DNA from: Paramoeba atlantica
Lineage: Eukaryota > Protista > Discosea
Direction of reading: 5' to 3'
Assembly (NCBI GenBank): GCA_977017575.1
Contig: CDRNVI010000047.1
Span: forward strand, 124,001 to 188,000
DNA length: 64,000 bases
Positions within the stretch are counted from its first letter, which is position 1. The number at the start of each line of letters is the position of its first letter. The position numbers were made by a program, and so were the translations under genes. Shown piece by piece: positions 25,638-36,817 of the stretch. Under the pieces are notes generated by a model. The model made no database searches. It saw only the letters and a list, made by a program, of their open reading frames with translations, and was not told the DNA's origin.

Positions 25638-26945
25638 TACATAGCTATCGAAACATCCTCCCTCTTCCCCGCGATTCCATCACCGCCGAAAAATATCATC
25701 AACTAGTGTGTCATCTCCTCGGAAATAGCAATGAAACGCATGCGAAAGGAGTGACGATAGGAAGTACAAACTCTCCACTCGACAACACACCGCGTAATTT
25801 ATTCAGACTCATATGATTGTATTTATTCAAACTCATAGAATTGTGAGCAGCAGTTATTCAGTCCCAAGACATAACGTCGGTGGCTTTTTTAGTAAAAAAC
25901 AAATTTTTGAAAAAACATTCTAACAAAAAACAAAAATGTGATTCGGCATTATTCTAAGATATTCTAAGACACTTTGCGACAGTTTTCCCTGATATACAGT
26001 TGTATTTAATTACGATCGTATTTAATTACGGATATACTCGGATAGTGCCAGATACTAGTTATAGGTACTATAACTGGTACTAGATATAGACTGGTATAAC
26101 TGGTACTAGATAGTGCCAGTACTACGGATAGTGCCAGATTTTCTGGTAAATAGTGTTATTTTTGTGCTCAGATGGCCAAACTGAGCAGTTTCCCGTGCTG
26201 TTACCTCCTTTAAGGAGGTAAAACTGAGCACTATAACTTCAAAAAATACAATAAACAATATGAGCACAGATATCCTGTTTCTAAAAGATGTGTAAAGTAA
26301 TACGCGGCAAAGTTTTTACAGATTGAAAGAATCCGTTAGACATCCTATCAATTAAAAACTCTTGCTTAGCATACAGCATATTTTAACGTACTGTAGACCC
26401 TCCCCCAGTGAGAGAATCCAAAAATCCAAATCATTCCGGATTGCTCCGGATGGTCACTGGCAAGCCAGACCCTTCACAGAGAGATTTGGAAGTTCCGAGG
26501 CCGACGTACTCTACCAGTTTCCGCTTGTCCAAGGCGGCACCAACGTGCTGTTACCAACACGTTGCGTCGACGAACTGTACGTCAACACGGCTCACCCAAG
26601 AGGTGTGAGCCGGGTAAGGGAGCTGGATCCCTGAGGGGAGGATCCGGGACGGTCCTCCGAGTACTGGGCCTAGTCGGTTCTCAGCCCAGCCTCTTAGAGT
26701 GAAGCCGCCAGGAATATTGCGATGAGCGGGTTTGAACTCGCCATCTGAGCACCATGTGCTTCAAACTTTGAATTCTTGCCACTCCGCCGCCTCCGCCTCC
26801 GCCAGTGAGAGAATGGATTTTGGGTCAAAATGGCTAAATTCTCCCTTACTCGGAAGTGTGCTTTTTTTCCTTTCTCTCAACTTTTTTGACACTTTTTTCT
26901 ATGTTTTATCTGAAAACGTGTTAAAACGCTTATTAAATAAGCGTA

Positions 26946-27520
26946 CAGTGTTGTATTTAATTACGATCGTATTTAATTACGGATATATTTAATTACGATA
27001 TTATTCAATTAAGATTATTTTCACCAAAAAAAATCCTTAAATTGTTTTGAGTTTTCAGTTTGAGTTTTTCGGGGATTGAAAATGACAACTCCTATCGATG
27101 TCGCATTGGCAGTTGAGGTGAAAGACAAAGATGAACATCGAGAGGTTTGGGCAGCCGAGTCAATTCAGCGGACGACTGATCTTGTAAGAGCGTGCTGCTT
27201 AAAAGTTGTCATAATCCGATGGAATCGGAAGAATAGAAGTAACTTCTCTTATCCATCAGGGCTGATATAACATACACGTATTAATTTTCTGCGGCTTTTA
27301 CTCGTTCAACGCACTCGTTCAAAACAATTTACCTACAACATGTCATGTTCTTGAAAATAATGGATAAACAAAATTAAGAATTTACTTACGATAATATTTA
27401 TTTACGACATTATTCAATTACGATAGTATTTAATTACGATATTATTCAATTAAGATTATTTTCGCCGAAAAAAATCCTTAAATTCGTAATTAGATAATAT
27501 CGTAATTGAATACAACACTG
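26946..27520. mobile_element. TA-flanked MITE with CAGTGTTGTATT(T/C)AATTACGAT TIRs (Tc1/mariner-like)
   Basis: gcgta|cagtgttgtatttaattacgat ... atcgtaattgaatacaacactg|tacgc. Subterminal TAATTACGA repeats. A solo related end lies at ~25995-26035. Confidence 0.85.
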
Positions 27521-28199
27521 TACGCAATAAAATTCATCGATGCCCTGTAAGATCATCAGTGGTAATCTCAGATTTCAAATGAACCGGTTGATCTTCGTCG
27601 ACATGAAGTTCCCTCACTAAACAAGATAAATGGATTACCTCATTCGCGTGCTGAGACTATGTGGAACGTTAAAAATTAACGCAGGTTTCATAATATCGGA
27701 GTGCATCTGAAAAAAGCGGCGACATTTGCTGAGTAATGAGTCGCCAAATACGCAATTTGGCGACTAGGCAGGATTAAGAGAGGAAAAAGGCCAAAACTTG
27801 GGAACCGTTAAATGGCATTTTATACCGTCTTCTTGAAACGTTTGTTTTTACGTGGTATCTCGCCACAGATAATACGGGGTGCATTCGCCCGCAAAAGTGT
27901 TTCTAAGGACATATAGGCACATTTTCTTCCGTTTTTTGAAAGATTGAGCTGAGAAACACCAAGAATGAAAACATTATGCACCCCAGACGATTCATAGAGA
28001 GTTTTAGACTTAAAGAGTAATTTTTATCTAAATAGTGTGTAAAGAGACAATACAATTTTTTTTTTCACTGGGGGAGTAGACAATATGGTGGAATTGGAAC
28101 TACCATCGCAATATGAGTACAGCGTATGTCATTACAATCTTCATAATGTATTTTTCATAATGGACATTAGAATCGTGTATTTAATTATACATTAGAATC

Positions 28200-29105
28200 A
28201 TGTATTTAAATACACCGCGCATTCGAGCACGTCAATCCGTGACGCCTTTACTTCTGGCCATCTTATCGCTGCTAGCAGTCCTAAACATGGAGGATGCAAC
28301 ATTGAGGAAACGAAATAGCACGACGTTTCTTGCAGATAATAGTACATCCTGCTCAACACAAAACGAAGACGCGGATCTCTCCTCTTTATGTATGAGCCCG
28401 TCTGGGCTATGGGCGACACCACTTCCTTGCACGCCTGGCGCGAACTTCTCTCCTATACGACACTTTTCTCACACTCCCAAGTACCAACCGGATACTAACC
28501 GTTTTTTGTACCAGGGCCGACAGGACACCCCGTGGCCTTCACAGCGATCACACGCTCGTTTTCCTCAGGAAACTTTTCACACCCAACGCACTCCGGAAAT
28601 TCGGAACATGCCATCACAAAACCGATGCTCACTACTACACCCCCTGGCCACTTCGGTACCATCTCTCCGAAGCCCTGGGCTTCACAGATGCGCATCTGAT
28701 ACCGAGCTGCACTCATTCGTATGTGGTGATTTAGCCTTTGAGCCCCCTTTCGCACTTTCTGAGGGCACCAAGGATGATGCGAGTGTTAACAAAAAAGCTC
28801 CCACCCCATTGTTTCCGAACGCAATAAATATCCATCTATCAACTCCCGAAACAGCTTCAAAAAAAGTACGAGATCCGACTTTTCCCCCCACCTTGGAAAC
28901 TTCGCATCCTGCTGACAATTCGTTTAAAGAACAGTCATTTCGCTCCGCAAAGCCACGTGGTTCCGCAAACACCGAAAGCTCTTTCTATGATTTTTGCGCA
29001 AACTTCCTTACGAACTGCATTATTTCTGTTTGGACCATTACGGAATACGCGCTTGTCGTGCTTGCACTTTGTTGCTTTGGCGTTCCCACAACGGTTTCCT
29101 TCTGA
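28200..29105 (+). CDS. Hypothetical protein, 301 aa, with hydrophobic N- and C-terminal segments
   Basis: 906-nt ORF in the cluster orientation. No recognisable domain. Confidence 0.55.
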   Translation: MYLNTPRIRARQSVTPLLLAILSLLAVLNMEDATLRKRNSTTFLADNSTSCSTQNEDADLSSLCMSPSGLWATPLPCTPGANFSPIRHFSHTPKYQPDTNRFLYQGRQDTPWPSQRSHARFPQETFHTQRTPEIRNMPSQNRCSLLHPLATSVPSLRSPGLHRCASDTELHSFVCGDLAFEPPFALSEGTKDDASVNKKAPTPLFPNAINIHLSTPETASKKVRDPTFPPTLETSHPADNSFKEQSFRSAKPRGSANTESSFYDFCANFLTNCIISVWTITEYALVVLALCCFGVPTTVSF

Positions 29106-29531
29106 CACCTCAACGGTGATGCCCTACCGAACAGTGCTTGTACTGCGGTAGACATTTTCGCCATTTTTTCCGCTCTGTATCCTACTAGGACCTAGTCGAG
29201 CGGGGGAAAATCATTGGGGTAGGTAAGGTTCGCTTTTGAATCAAAACGTTCTTCCGGATCAAAAACGTTGGTAACAACTATGCGTTGGATACGTAAGGTC
29301 GGATCCAACCGTGTGTTTGCAAAAAAAGTAATATCATTTCTTCCTAGAAACTGTAATACATTATTATGAAATTACTGAATCATTACAAAATTCTTCAAGT
29401 AACTGAATTTTTCTTTCTAATTATTGAAAAGTTTTCTACGTCATCTATACTTTTTGCGTTTTACGATAGCCTGGTAAGACGTTTTTGAATAAGTTTTGAA
29501 TAAGTAGACTATATGGAACGACGTACACCGA

Positions 29532-29873
29532 ATGGGGAAAAATAAAGCAGCACGAAGTCGGGGTACAAAAGTGGAACTTCCGTACGATGCGGAAAACGAT
29601 GACTTGCAATCTTTGTATTCAAAGTCGAACAGTAGTGCACAGATGCCTTCCGCAACCCGGACTTTGCAACGGAGCAAAGATACCTCTGACTCATTGGAAC
29701 ATTTTTCCAAAACTCTCGAAAATTCGTTAAGCACTACCTCATTAACCAGTGCTGTGGAATATCAGCAATCTCCTCTATTTGAGGTGAGAAAATCCGTTCC
29801 TTATAGTCGGTATGAAGTAGAGCTTACCTATCAAGCGGCACGAAAGAAGATATTTAACAGTGAGGCGGAATAG
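29532..29873 (+). CDS. Small hypothetical protein, possibly SUZ-domain-like
   Basis: The C-terminal YEVELTYQAARKKIF resembles the SUZ EY..AR.RIF motif. Confidence 0.45.
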   Translation: MGKNKAARSRGTKVELPYDAENDDLQSLYSKSNSSAQMPSATRTLQRSKDTSDSLEHFSKTLENSLSTTSLTSAVEYQQSPLFEVRKSVPYSRYEVELTYQAARKKIFNSEAE

Positions 29874-30312
29874 ACTTGTAAGCTCACGATCTGTTTGACA
29901 TGTCAAGAGCTCAGCGCGTATACACTAAACAAAAAATTTAGTGCTGCAGATGGTTCGAATAAAACGTCGCAAGTTTGACATAGCGCGTTTTCTCTTTTTG
30001 CAGATGCTTTGAATTTATGCGAAATCAATTTATTACACCATGTGAGAATTTGAGAGATTTAATATAGGGGGATTCTAGCCCCCTCCCTATGAAGAAAAGG
30101 ACCAAAAGAGTCTAAAATTGGTACCGTAAGCCTTCTTTTCACTTTCATTAGTGTGGAGTCTCAAAATTGTAAGTCTTTTACACTATAAATCGTTTTCTAT
30201 CCCTTTATCAAAGCGCGGTGTTTGCTTTGAGTCAGAAGGTCGTGCTACTGCGTTAGAAAAAAATCGTTTGCATTTATTTCAAGGTTTCTATTTTGGTTTC
30301 ATAAAGTGTATT

Positions 30313-30606
30313 ATGCCCTCCGACGCGTTCTCGCTTTCTCCTCCCGTTCAAAGTAGTCTCCTGGGAGGAAAGGCAAAGAAAAAGAAGAAGAAGCCATTGA
30401 CGGGGAAGATCATTGCTCGTCACAAGCATAAGACTGTAAAACTCGCGATCCTGAAATACTTTCAAGTTGAGGGAGAAGGGGATATGCTAAGAGTCACCCG
30501 TACCCGAATGGAATGCCCAAATTGTGGTCCCGGGGTGTACCTTGCAAAGCACAAAGATCGACGATCCTGCGGAAAGTGTGGTCTTGCGTTGAACCCTCCA
30601 AAGTAG
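30313..30606 (+). CDS. RPS27A: 40S ribosomal protein eS31/S27a with a short leader ending LLGG
   Basis: GG|KAKKKKKK...HKHKTVKLAILKYF...ECPNCGPGVYLAKHKDRRSCGKC zinc finger. The first ATG is 30313, but the frame is open from 30130. Confidence 0.93.
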   Translation: MPSDAFSLSPPVQSSLLGGKAKKKKKKPLTGKIIARHKHKTVKLAILKYFQVEGEGDMLRVTRTRMECPNCGPGVYLAKHKDRRSCGKCGLALNPPK

Positions 30607-30894
30607 GAAAGAGATAAGTATTCAAGAAGTAAGCGATCCAAGAGAAATTCCCTACTCGGTTGAACAAGACACATCAATTAATCAAATGATATGATTTCCG
30701 CATGGGCAATATTCTTTATTCTTGTTTTTTATTCTTGAACTGAAGAAACTGAAGAAAACGCAATCAAAGACGTTACGTAACCATACACAATACGCAGGTA
30801 AAAATAAGAGAAGCAAATATTGAACGCACGTTGACTTTCACTGTAAGTTCTATTCAAATTTAAACGTAGCTCGTGCTTATCCTCTTAATCTTCT

Positions 30895-32853
30895 ATGCAC
30901 GGAGGCAGATGTCCTTCGCTTCATTTTCTCACGAACCCAAATTTCTCCTCTGTGCGTAGGCAATCGTTCTCCACCCGACGCACCGCTTTTCTCTCCTCTA
31001 CCCCATTGCTACGCCACAAGCACGACACTGCTATCCCCTGTTTACACACCCCAGAGGACTCATCCGCTCGTGCGTCGTTTCCCACACAGTTGGACGACCT
31101 TCCCGATGACGGTCAGAGCTCGACGGCCACACCCACCGCTTCGTACCCCCGGCGCGAGACGCCCATCCCCTCTTTTTTCTCCTCCTTTTCTTTTCCCAGT
31201 AGTACCGAACCTGTCCGTGACCGTGACGTCGGGGCCCAATGGGGTGGACGTCTCTCAGAACACCAGCGTCGGAATTCCCCAACCCATCCTGACGAGACCC
31301 ACGCATGGGCTCAGCGCAACCAGCAGTTCACCCGTGCCACCCGTGCCGTGTTTGTCACCATAACCTCCCACCTCCCCCCACAGGAGAAAGTCCTCCGTCT
31401 CGCGGAGCTCTTCCGTGACGTCACCGCCAATGCCCTCCAACTCCGTCCCCCCACCTATGAGGACATGTTCGAACTCATGCTCTCCACCCCCTACCACCGC
31501 GGCACCCCCTTCCCCCACACCGAGCTCATGTTCCGCATGTACCACCACATGAAGGCCGGGTTCGCCTCCCCCACGGCCAAGCTCCTCGAGTACCTCATGT
31601 GTGCCCTCGGGCGCACCCGGGTCGCGGACCCCCGGGCGGAGGCCCGCGCCCACCGCCTCATGCTCGACGCCGACCGCCACGCCCTCACCCCCACCCGCTA
31701 CACCTACACCCACTACTTCGACCTCTGCGGCCTCAACGGCGCGACCCACGTAGCGCTCGCCCGCTTCGTCGACGCGCGGCACCGTCTCGGGGTGCAGCCC
31801 GACGAGGGGATGTGCACCACGCTGATCCGCGCCCTCGTGCGCAACGGGCACACCGAGGAGGCGGTGGGGTTCATTGCCCGGATGTACGCCGTCCCGGTGG
31901 ACGTGTTTCTCATGGACGCGATCCTGGAGGCGTTCGCGAGGAGCGCGGACCCGTTGGCCGCGTTTAGTGCCTACCGTGGGCTGCTGGGGAGTGGGGTTAC
32001 CCCGTGCCCGTACACGTTCTGGTACCTGTTGATGGCGTGTGAGAAGAGTGGGCATTGGGAGGAGACCCCGTTCGTGTTGCAGGAGATGCATAAGCTTCAT
32101 GTGAAGGGGAATCCCGGGACGTTGAATTTGCTGTTGAAGGGGTTTATTTTGCTAAAGAAGGAGTCCGCGGCCCGGCGGCTGTATCAAACCATGAAACGGC
32201 GTAAGGTGGAGGTGTGGGAGGGGATTCAAAAAGCCCTACCGGCGGGCTGGGACCAGGAGGTGCGGGAAAGGATTGAGCTCTCCGAGCAGCGCATACAAGA
32301 CCAGGCGGAGCGCAAACAAAAGGCGCAGGCCGATATGGAAGCTTTGATGCAGTATAAAGCGGAGAAATTAGCATCTCGACGCTCTGCTTCTGGTAGTGAA
32401 GCTGATGGCAAGCCCGTGTCATCGGACTCCGCAATATCGGTAAAAGATCCCTCCACACCACGGGTTGTACGTCCTCCTCGATCTGGAAAACTAATTCCGA
32501 TGGATAGAGATCATTTGGAAATGTTCGCCCGTCATCGACGACTGTCCTGGGTGTCCATTCGTTACCTGGAAAAATTTGTTCGTGATCGGGAGAAGGAGAA
32601 GCAACGTGAGGATCTTAAGACGGTAGGAAGTGATAGGCGACCTCCACGGCGGATGTCAGCAAGACAAATCAAGGCAAGCGTTTATCGTTTCTTTGGTGTA
32701 CGGCCGGTGGAGAGGGATGAAGAAGGTACCGAGGATGCCAACACACATGATAAGTCTCTGAAAAGGAATAATGAAGAGAAAACGCCGTTTTATGGCACAA
32801 GAGGAGGATCCAGACCAAGAAGATTATCGCGCACAAAAGTGTCGAGAAGGTAA
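30895..32853 (+). CDS. Pentatricopeptide-repeat (PPR) protein, probably mitochondrial
   Basis: Tandem ~35-aa helical repeats (PDEGMCTTLIRALVRNG, VDVFLMDAILEAFARS, PCPYTFWYLLMACEKSG). R/S-rich N-terminus. Confidence 0.85.
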   Translation: MHGGRCPSLHFLTNPNFSSVRRQSFSTRRTAFLSSTPLLRHKHDTAIPCLHTPEDSSARASFPTQLDDLPDDGQSSTATPTASYPRRETPIPSFFSSFSFPSSTEPVRDRDVGAQWGGRLSEHQRRNSPTHPDETHAWAQRNQQFTRATRAVFVTITSHLPPQEKVLRLAELFRDVTANALQLRPPTYEDMFELMLSTPYHRGTPFPHTELMFRMYHHMKAGFASPTAKLLEYLMCALGRTRVADPRAEARAHRLMLDADRHALTPTRYTYTHYFDLCGLNGATHVALARFVDARHRLGVQPDEGMCTTLIRALVRNGHTEEAVGFIARMYAVPVDVFLMDAILEAFARSADPLAAFSAYRGLLGSGVTPCPYTFWYLLMACEKSGHWEETPFVLQEMHKLHVKGNPGTLNLLLKGFILLKKESAARRLYQTMKRRKVEVWEGIQKALPAGWDQEVRERIELSEQRIQDQAERKQKAQADMEALMQYKAEKLASRRSASGSEADGKPVSSDSAISVKDPSTPRVVRPPRSGKLIPMDRDHLEMFARHRRLSWVSIRYLEKFVRDREKEKQREDLKTVGSDRRPPRRMSARQIKASVYRFFGVRPVERDEEGTEDANTHDKSLKRNNEEKTPFYGTRGGSRPRRLSRTKVSRR

Positions 32854-33038
32854 TATACAGGTAGATAGGCAAGAATCCTATGAAGTGCTTCAACTTGGGA
32901 TTTATGTTTTATACTTGCAGTAGTTACAAATAAATAGCATCAATCAAACAGGCCCATCTCTATTTTGACGTTTTTTTCTTAATCGTAGGAATTTTTCTTT
33001 AGAATCGCACTTTTTGGATAACTCACTATCTGTAAAAC

Positions 33039-33803
33039 ATGTACTTACTTTTTCTCCACACCAAAGATTCCGAGGATCGGCGACTTAAAACAGGATCTAA
33101 CACAGTTTCTTCGGGTAGAAGAGGTAAAATTCGAGGTAACACTCTCCCCGTGGAGGTCGCTTTAGAACTCTTTTTGCGTAACGTCACAGGGCAGCCCGCG
33201 TCGTGGAATGCGGCCAATCCGATCGCAAGCTGGTATAAGGCCGAAATGCGCACGCAAGACAAACTGGAACTACAGTTTGGTTCGATATCTCTTCGTGGTA
33301 AGCTGAACTGGGCATCGCTTCCTTCCATTACTTCCGTTCTTCTGATACATGGCAACCAGCTCGAGGGTTCATTCCTTTGCAATGAGTTGCCCAGTGGGCT
33401 TCAGGTAATATTGGCTAACGGCAACAAATTTTCTGGACCTCTAGATATAGAAAATTTGCCCGTTGCCATGGCCGTGTGCTATTTCGGGAACAATAAATTT
33501 GTAGGAGAGCTCAACCTCCGTAATCTGCCTCCCAGGCTACGTGAGCTACATCTGGAATTTAACTCGTTTGAGGGAAACATTGATCTTTCTACTCTTCCCG
33601 GGCTTTTGCAAAGGATTGATTTGAGTTGGAACAAACTGAGCGGAGAACTTGATGTGAGCCATCTAACGGATGCCATGCTGCACTTGAATGTGTATAACAA
33701 CGCGTTTCAGGGGGTGATACCCGACCCGCCTCCTAAATGCGTTCAGTTACATAAGAAATTCCAAGTTCCCAATATTCCTTTTGTAATGAGAGACCAATTG
33801 TGA
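33039..33803 (+). CDS. Leucine-rich repeat protein (paralogue 2)
   Basis: LRGKLNWASLPS, then LP..L..L.L..N.F.G.LD repeats. Confidence 0.9.
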   Translation: MYLLFLHTKDSEDRRLKTGSNTVSSGRRGKIRGNTLPVEVALELFLRNVTGQPASWNAANPIASWYKAEMRTQDKLELQFGSISLRGKLNWASLPSITSVLLIHGNQLEGSFLCNELPSGLQVILANGNKFSGPLDIENLPVAMAVCYFGNNKFVGELNLRNLPPRLRELHLEFNSFEGNIDLSTLPGLLQRIDLSWNKLSGELDVSHLTDAMLHLNVYNNAFQGVIPDPPPKCVQLHKKFQVPNIPFVMRDQL

Positions 33804-33904
33804 CAAAAAACAGGAAATAGATTATTGTTTGTTACACCCCTCCTATGGACAGTTGAAAACCTTTGGTCTCAAAGTTCGGCAAAGATTTTTTTTAAAAATA
33901 ATTA

Positions 33905-34645
33905 CCGTCCCCCCCATTTACTATTTAGTACCTTGCCCCCCCTATTTAGTGTTTAATTTCAAGGCTTCGCAGAACTTGGCGCCGGGAAGCGGCGCCGATT
34001 TTTTTTGTACAACGCCGTTCACGAAAAATGGGACCAACCTTGAAAGAGCTGCGAGACTCGTTTTTAGTTTATTTATTTTTAGGCATACTCAGATTACCAC
34101 AGAGAACACCGAAAAAATAGTGCCGAAGCGCAAGGAAATGGACCATTGTCGCCTGGGTGAGACGCAAAGCTTTTAGCAGCGGTAGAGGAAATAAAGGGTC
34201 TTAACTCCGATGTATCGCGCGGAGCTGATGACGATGTCAGCCTTGACTCTTTGTCCCCTGAAAAGGAAGCACCCGTTCCACAATTAATTTCAGATCCAAG
34301 TGACGAACAATTGAAGTCCTTGGAGAAAAAATCAATGCCAAGGATGCAATTATCAAGAGGCTGCTTAACAAGCTCTGCAAGACTAAAAGAAAGATTGGAA
34401 CTCTTGAAAGAGTGTGGAGGATTTCATGGAGCCTGAAACGCGGAGAACATCAGCTGGTTCGTTTCGAAAGTTTTCGAGAGTAGTTTCGGTATCAACGAAC
34501 ACGGCGCCGCAAAGCGGCGCCGTTTTTTTCCCCTCATTTTTTCATTTTTTATCTGTTTTTCACGTCTTTTTCATTGATCTTTCCTCTCCCCTACTTAGTG
34601 TTTAATTTTGACCAATTCTACTAAACACTAAATAGGGGGGGACGG
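33905..34645. mobile_element. TA-flanked element with CCGTCCCCCC.ATTTA TIRs
   Basis: ta|ccgtccccccattta ... taaataggggggg acgg|ta, with subterminal CCCCTA(T/C)TTAGTGTTT repeats. Confidence 0.75.
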
Positions 34646-34730
34646 TACATGGAAATATTACATAAAAACGCTGATAAAATTTACTGATTGCGTAGAAACG
34701 CTGATATTTTGCCACTATTCTGCCTCCAAC

Positions 34731-36623
34731 ATGATCGATGAGGTATCCGTTGTCTCGTTCGGCGGGTGTGTGTTGTGGCGACACACATCTCGACCTATAC
34801 AGGGTAATCCAGTGAATCAGTTTGTCAAGAACATACTGCTGGAGGAGCGCATTGGAGAGGGGCGTGTCGGATATCTTTCTGGGGAGTACCGAGTGCAGTA
34901 CCAAATGGGGAACGAGGAAGAAGTCTTCTTTGTCGCACTAACCCGTAAGGCTGTGCCACTGTGTGCCTACGACTTACTGTCGTCTCTGCGGAAGTTATTT
35001 TTAAGGGGGTACCGGTGTTCCTCCTCTACTTGTCCACCTCTACTGAGTGTTTCTCCTTCGCTGGGTGAGTCTCTGCGGCGAGAGCTGGATGCTTTCCAGC
35101 CAGAACTGCACAGCGACACGAACATATTTTGCGTAGACCAAGAAGAAACCCTCACGACTGCCGAAGTCCCTATAGTAGAAGCAGCGACTCAAGACCTGGA
35201 AGATAGTCCGGAAACGGAGGCCGCGTTTCCCTCAATTGGGGGAGGTATCTCCGGAGGGAACTCCCTTCCTGCCGAAAATACAGAAGACACAGTTCCTCTC
35301 GACTCTCCCCCGGCGGAAGGCCCCAAAAAGATCTCTCGCGTGTTAATCAGCCGACATGGTGTGCGAAAATCTAGCAAACCCCTCGTCCCTCCCCCCGCAA
35401 ACCCTTCCACAGTAATATCGGATGAAAAGGAGACTCCGGCGAAACCCGAGGGCCGGAAAGCAAAGCCTGGCACCGCAAAACCCAAGAAGCCACGACAGTG
35501 GGGAGATACCCAAGGCCGGGAAGAGGACTATGTGATTCACAACGAGAACAACACAATAAACTCTCCGCCCCCCAACACTGTCAGCCAACTTTTACAACGG
35601 GACCCCCAAGGAGAGGTCGCCCCGGTGGAGTTAGAGAAGTGGGACACGCTAGAAAAGAATAAAACAAACGACACGGGCGGGGTCTTCGGCTTTCTTCGCC
35701 GAGCTCTCGGAGGGGAACGTTCTCTCGGGGAGGCAGAGATCGACACCGTCCTCCCACTCCTGCGGGATAAACTCATCTCCAAAAACGTCGCAGTGGAGGT
35801 CGCGGATCGGCTCACCGCCTCCGTCTCCAAAAGTCTCGAGGGCCGACGCGTGACTCACTTCCACAGCCTCTCCGAGGTGGTCGAGCGCGAGCTTAAAGAG
35901 GCGCTGCGACGTGTACTCACCCCGAAGAAAGAGATTAACCTGATACGGGACATCGCACGATCCCGTGAGTCTGTTTCCTCTTCCTCCTCCCCCCGTCCCT
36001 ATGTCGTGTGCCTGTGTGGGGTGAACGGGGTAGGGAAGTCCACCTCCCTTGCCAAGCTCGCGTTTCTCCTCACCCAGCACGGGTTTAAAGTACTCGTCGC
36101 GGCGTGTGACACTTTCCGAGGCGGGGCTGTGGAGCAGCTCGAGGTCCACTGCCGGGCTTTGGGCCTTCCCTTGCATACGCTCGGGTACGGCAAGGATGCC
36201 TCCCAGGTCGCGTCCTCGGCGATTACTCGTGCCACCCGGGAAGGGGTGGATGTCGTGTTGATCGACACCGCGGGGCGCATGCAGGACCATGAGGCACGGA
36301 TGAGTGCCCTGGCGCGTCTGATTCACGCCAACGCCCCCGATCTTACGCTATTCGTCGGGGAAGCACTGGTGGGGAATGACGGGGCTCACCAGCTGCAACA
36401 GTTTAACGACTGTTTTGTGCGGCACACCCCGCCTGGGGCTCGGGTTCGAGGGGTGGATGCGATTGTCCTCACAAAGTTTGACACGATTGATGATAAGGTG
36501 GGGGCCGCGTTGTCAATGGTGTACCAGTATGGACAGCCGATTGCGTTTGTAGGGGTGGGACAGACGTACCAGGATTTGAAGAAACTGTCCCCGGAGGTGG
36601 TGGTACACTGTTTGTTGGATTAA
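34731..36623 (+). CDS. SRPRA: Signal recognition particle receptor alpha subunit
   Basis: N-terminal SRX-like region, then an NG GTPase domain with GVNGVGKSTSLAK, DTFRGGA, DTAGRMQ and TKFDT. Confidence 0.96.
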   Translation: MIDEVSVVSFGGCVLWRHTSRPIQGNPVNQFVKNILLEERIGEGRVGYLSGEYRVQYQMGNEEEVFFVALTRKAVPLCAYDLLSSLRKLFLRGYRCSSSTCPPLLSVSPSLGESLRRELDAFQPELHSDTNIFCVDQEETLTTAEVPIVEAATQDLEDSPETEAAFPSIGGGISGGNSLPAENTEDTVPLDSPPAEGPKKISRVLISRHGVRKSSKPLVPPPANPSTVISDEKETPAKPEGRKAKPGTAKPKKPRQWGDTQGREEDYVIHNENNTINSPPPNTVSQLLQRDPQGEVAPVELEKWDTLEKNKTNDTGGVFGFLRRALGGERSLGEAEIDTVLPLLRDKLISKNVAVEVADRLTASVSKSLEGRRVTHFHSLSEVVERELKEALRRVLTPKKEINLIRDIARSRESVSSSSSPRPYVVCLCGVNGVGKSTSLAKLAFLLTQHGFKVLVAACDTFRGGAVEQLEVHCRALGLPLHTLGYGKDASQVASSAITRATREGVDVVLIDTAGRMQDHEARMSALARLIHANAPDLTLFVGEALVGNDGAHQLQQFNDCFVRHTPPGARVRGVDAIVLTKFDTIDDKVGAALSMVYQYGQPIAFVGVGQTYQDLKKLSPEVVVHCLLD

Positions 36624-36817
36624 AGTAAAGGAGTGAATATTTGACGGAGAAAAAAATGTGAATAGGGAGTGACAAATAAGTATTCTAACAAAATATCGTA
36701 TTGCAATGGAAGAGTACGATAGAAACTTGATAACGGGGATTTTAACCAGAAAAATGAATAATATCCTTTGATTTTGTATTCTTCTCTATTGCTTTTACGT
36801 CATAGTCTTCTCTATAA

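Noticed and set aside
26720-26795. Possible tRNA on the minus strand
   Set aside because: The T loop is one base short and there is no D arm or anticodon arm.
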